Virus record (IMG/VR): IMGVR_UViG_3300047496_000334
Location: 2,106 to 66,105 of that record
DNA: 64,000 nt
Strand: one strand, 5' to 3'
DNA from: a virus
Taxonomy: Duplodnaviria; Caudoviricetes
Shown: positions 63,674 through 64,000 of the stretch, in pieces
How positions within the stretch are numbered: the first letter of the stretch is position 1
Layout: the number at the start of each line of letters is the position of its first letter
Translations under genes and position numbers: made by a program
The notes under the pieces: generated by a model
What the model saw: the letters and a program-made list of their open reading frames with translations, nothing else
What the model was told of the DNA's origin: nothing
Databases searched by the model: none

Positions 63674-64000
63674 ATGAAAAAAGAAAAATCGCAGGCGGAA
63701 CTTGAAATTGAAGCATTAGTTGATGTTTTTAACATTGCTAATAGTGGATTTAAAGAGTTTTACAAAAAGGCCAATAAAAATCAAAAAGGAGATTACTCGA
63801 CAAGCGGGTCTAGCGGAGATTACTCGACAAGCGCGTCTAGCGGATATCACTCGAAAAGCGGGTCTAGCGGAGATTACTCGAAAAGCGCATCTAGCGGAGA
63901 TTCCTCGAAAAGCGCGTCTAGCGGAGATTCCTCGACAAGCGGGTCTAACGGAGATTACTCGAAAAGCGCGTCTAGCGGAAATTACTCGACAAGCGGGTCT
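63674..64000 (+). CDS. repeat-containing phage protein, truncated by window end
   Basis: open frame MKKEKSQ... followed by 9-aa GDYS(T/K)S(G/A)SS repeats. Confidence 0.75.
   Translation, partial: MKKEKSQAELEIEALVDVFNIANSGFKEFYKKANKNQKGDYSTSGSSGDYSTSASSGYHSKSGSSGDYSKSASSGDSSKSASSGDSSTSGSNGDYSKSASSGNYSTSGS
63788..64000 (+). repeat. 27-bp coding tandem repeat (~8 units visible)
   Basis: consensus GGAGATTACTCGA(C/A)AAGCG(G/C)GTCTAGC. Confidence 0.95.

Noticed and set aside
63788-64000. Possible CRISPR array
   Set aside because: Units are head-to-tail 27-mers with no unique spacers and keep an open reading frame
1-64000. Alternative genetic code
   Set aside because: Core genes are full length under the standard code and all three stop codons are used

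Overview
The window reads as a near-complete, probably circularly permuted genome of a tailed dsDNA phage with podovirus-like architecture. No host housekeeping genes, integrase, tape measure or tail tube/sheath genes are recognisable, and the host is not established. Layout: (i) an early/accessory region of small + strand ORFs at both ends (1-4270 and 59472-64000), with chimeric or truncated genes and a dispersed inverted-repeat element; (ii) a replication/recombination module (Prim-Pol primase-helicase, Sak4-like ATPase, DUF669 SSB-like, Cas4-like exonuclease, SF2 helicase, RusA); (iii) a long minus-strand late region: terS, a ~10 kb NDP-sugar biosynthesis and glycosyltransferase cluster, terL, an inverted fiber cassette, portal, GroES-like co-chaperonin, scaffold, spanins, capsid, adaptors/nozzle, fibers, ejection proteins and endolysin. 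Best candidates for new biology: the glycan pathway (WcbK/DmhA-like dehydratase, ColD-like 3-dehydratase, TPP enzyme pair, heptose kinase, two reductases, four GT-A enzymes) between terS and terL, suggesting virion glycosylation with an unusual deoxy/branched sugar; a short x-[A/K]-x-G-G-x-[V/I] peptide motif repeated about 20 times across six likely internal virion proteins; and a split inverted-repeat element at gene junctions in the early region. All family calls come from motif recognition by eye, not from database searches.
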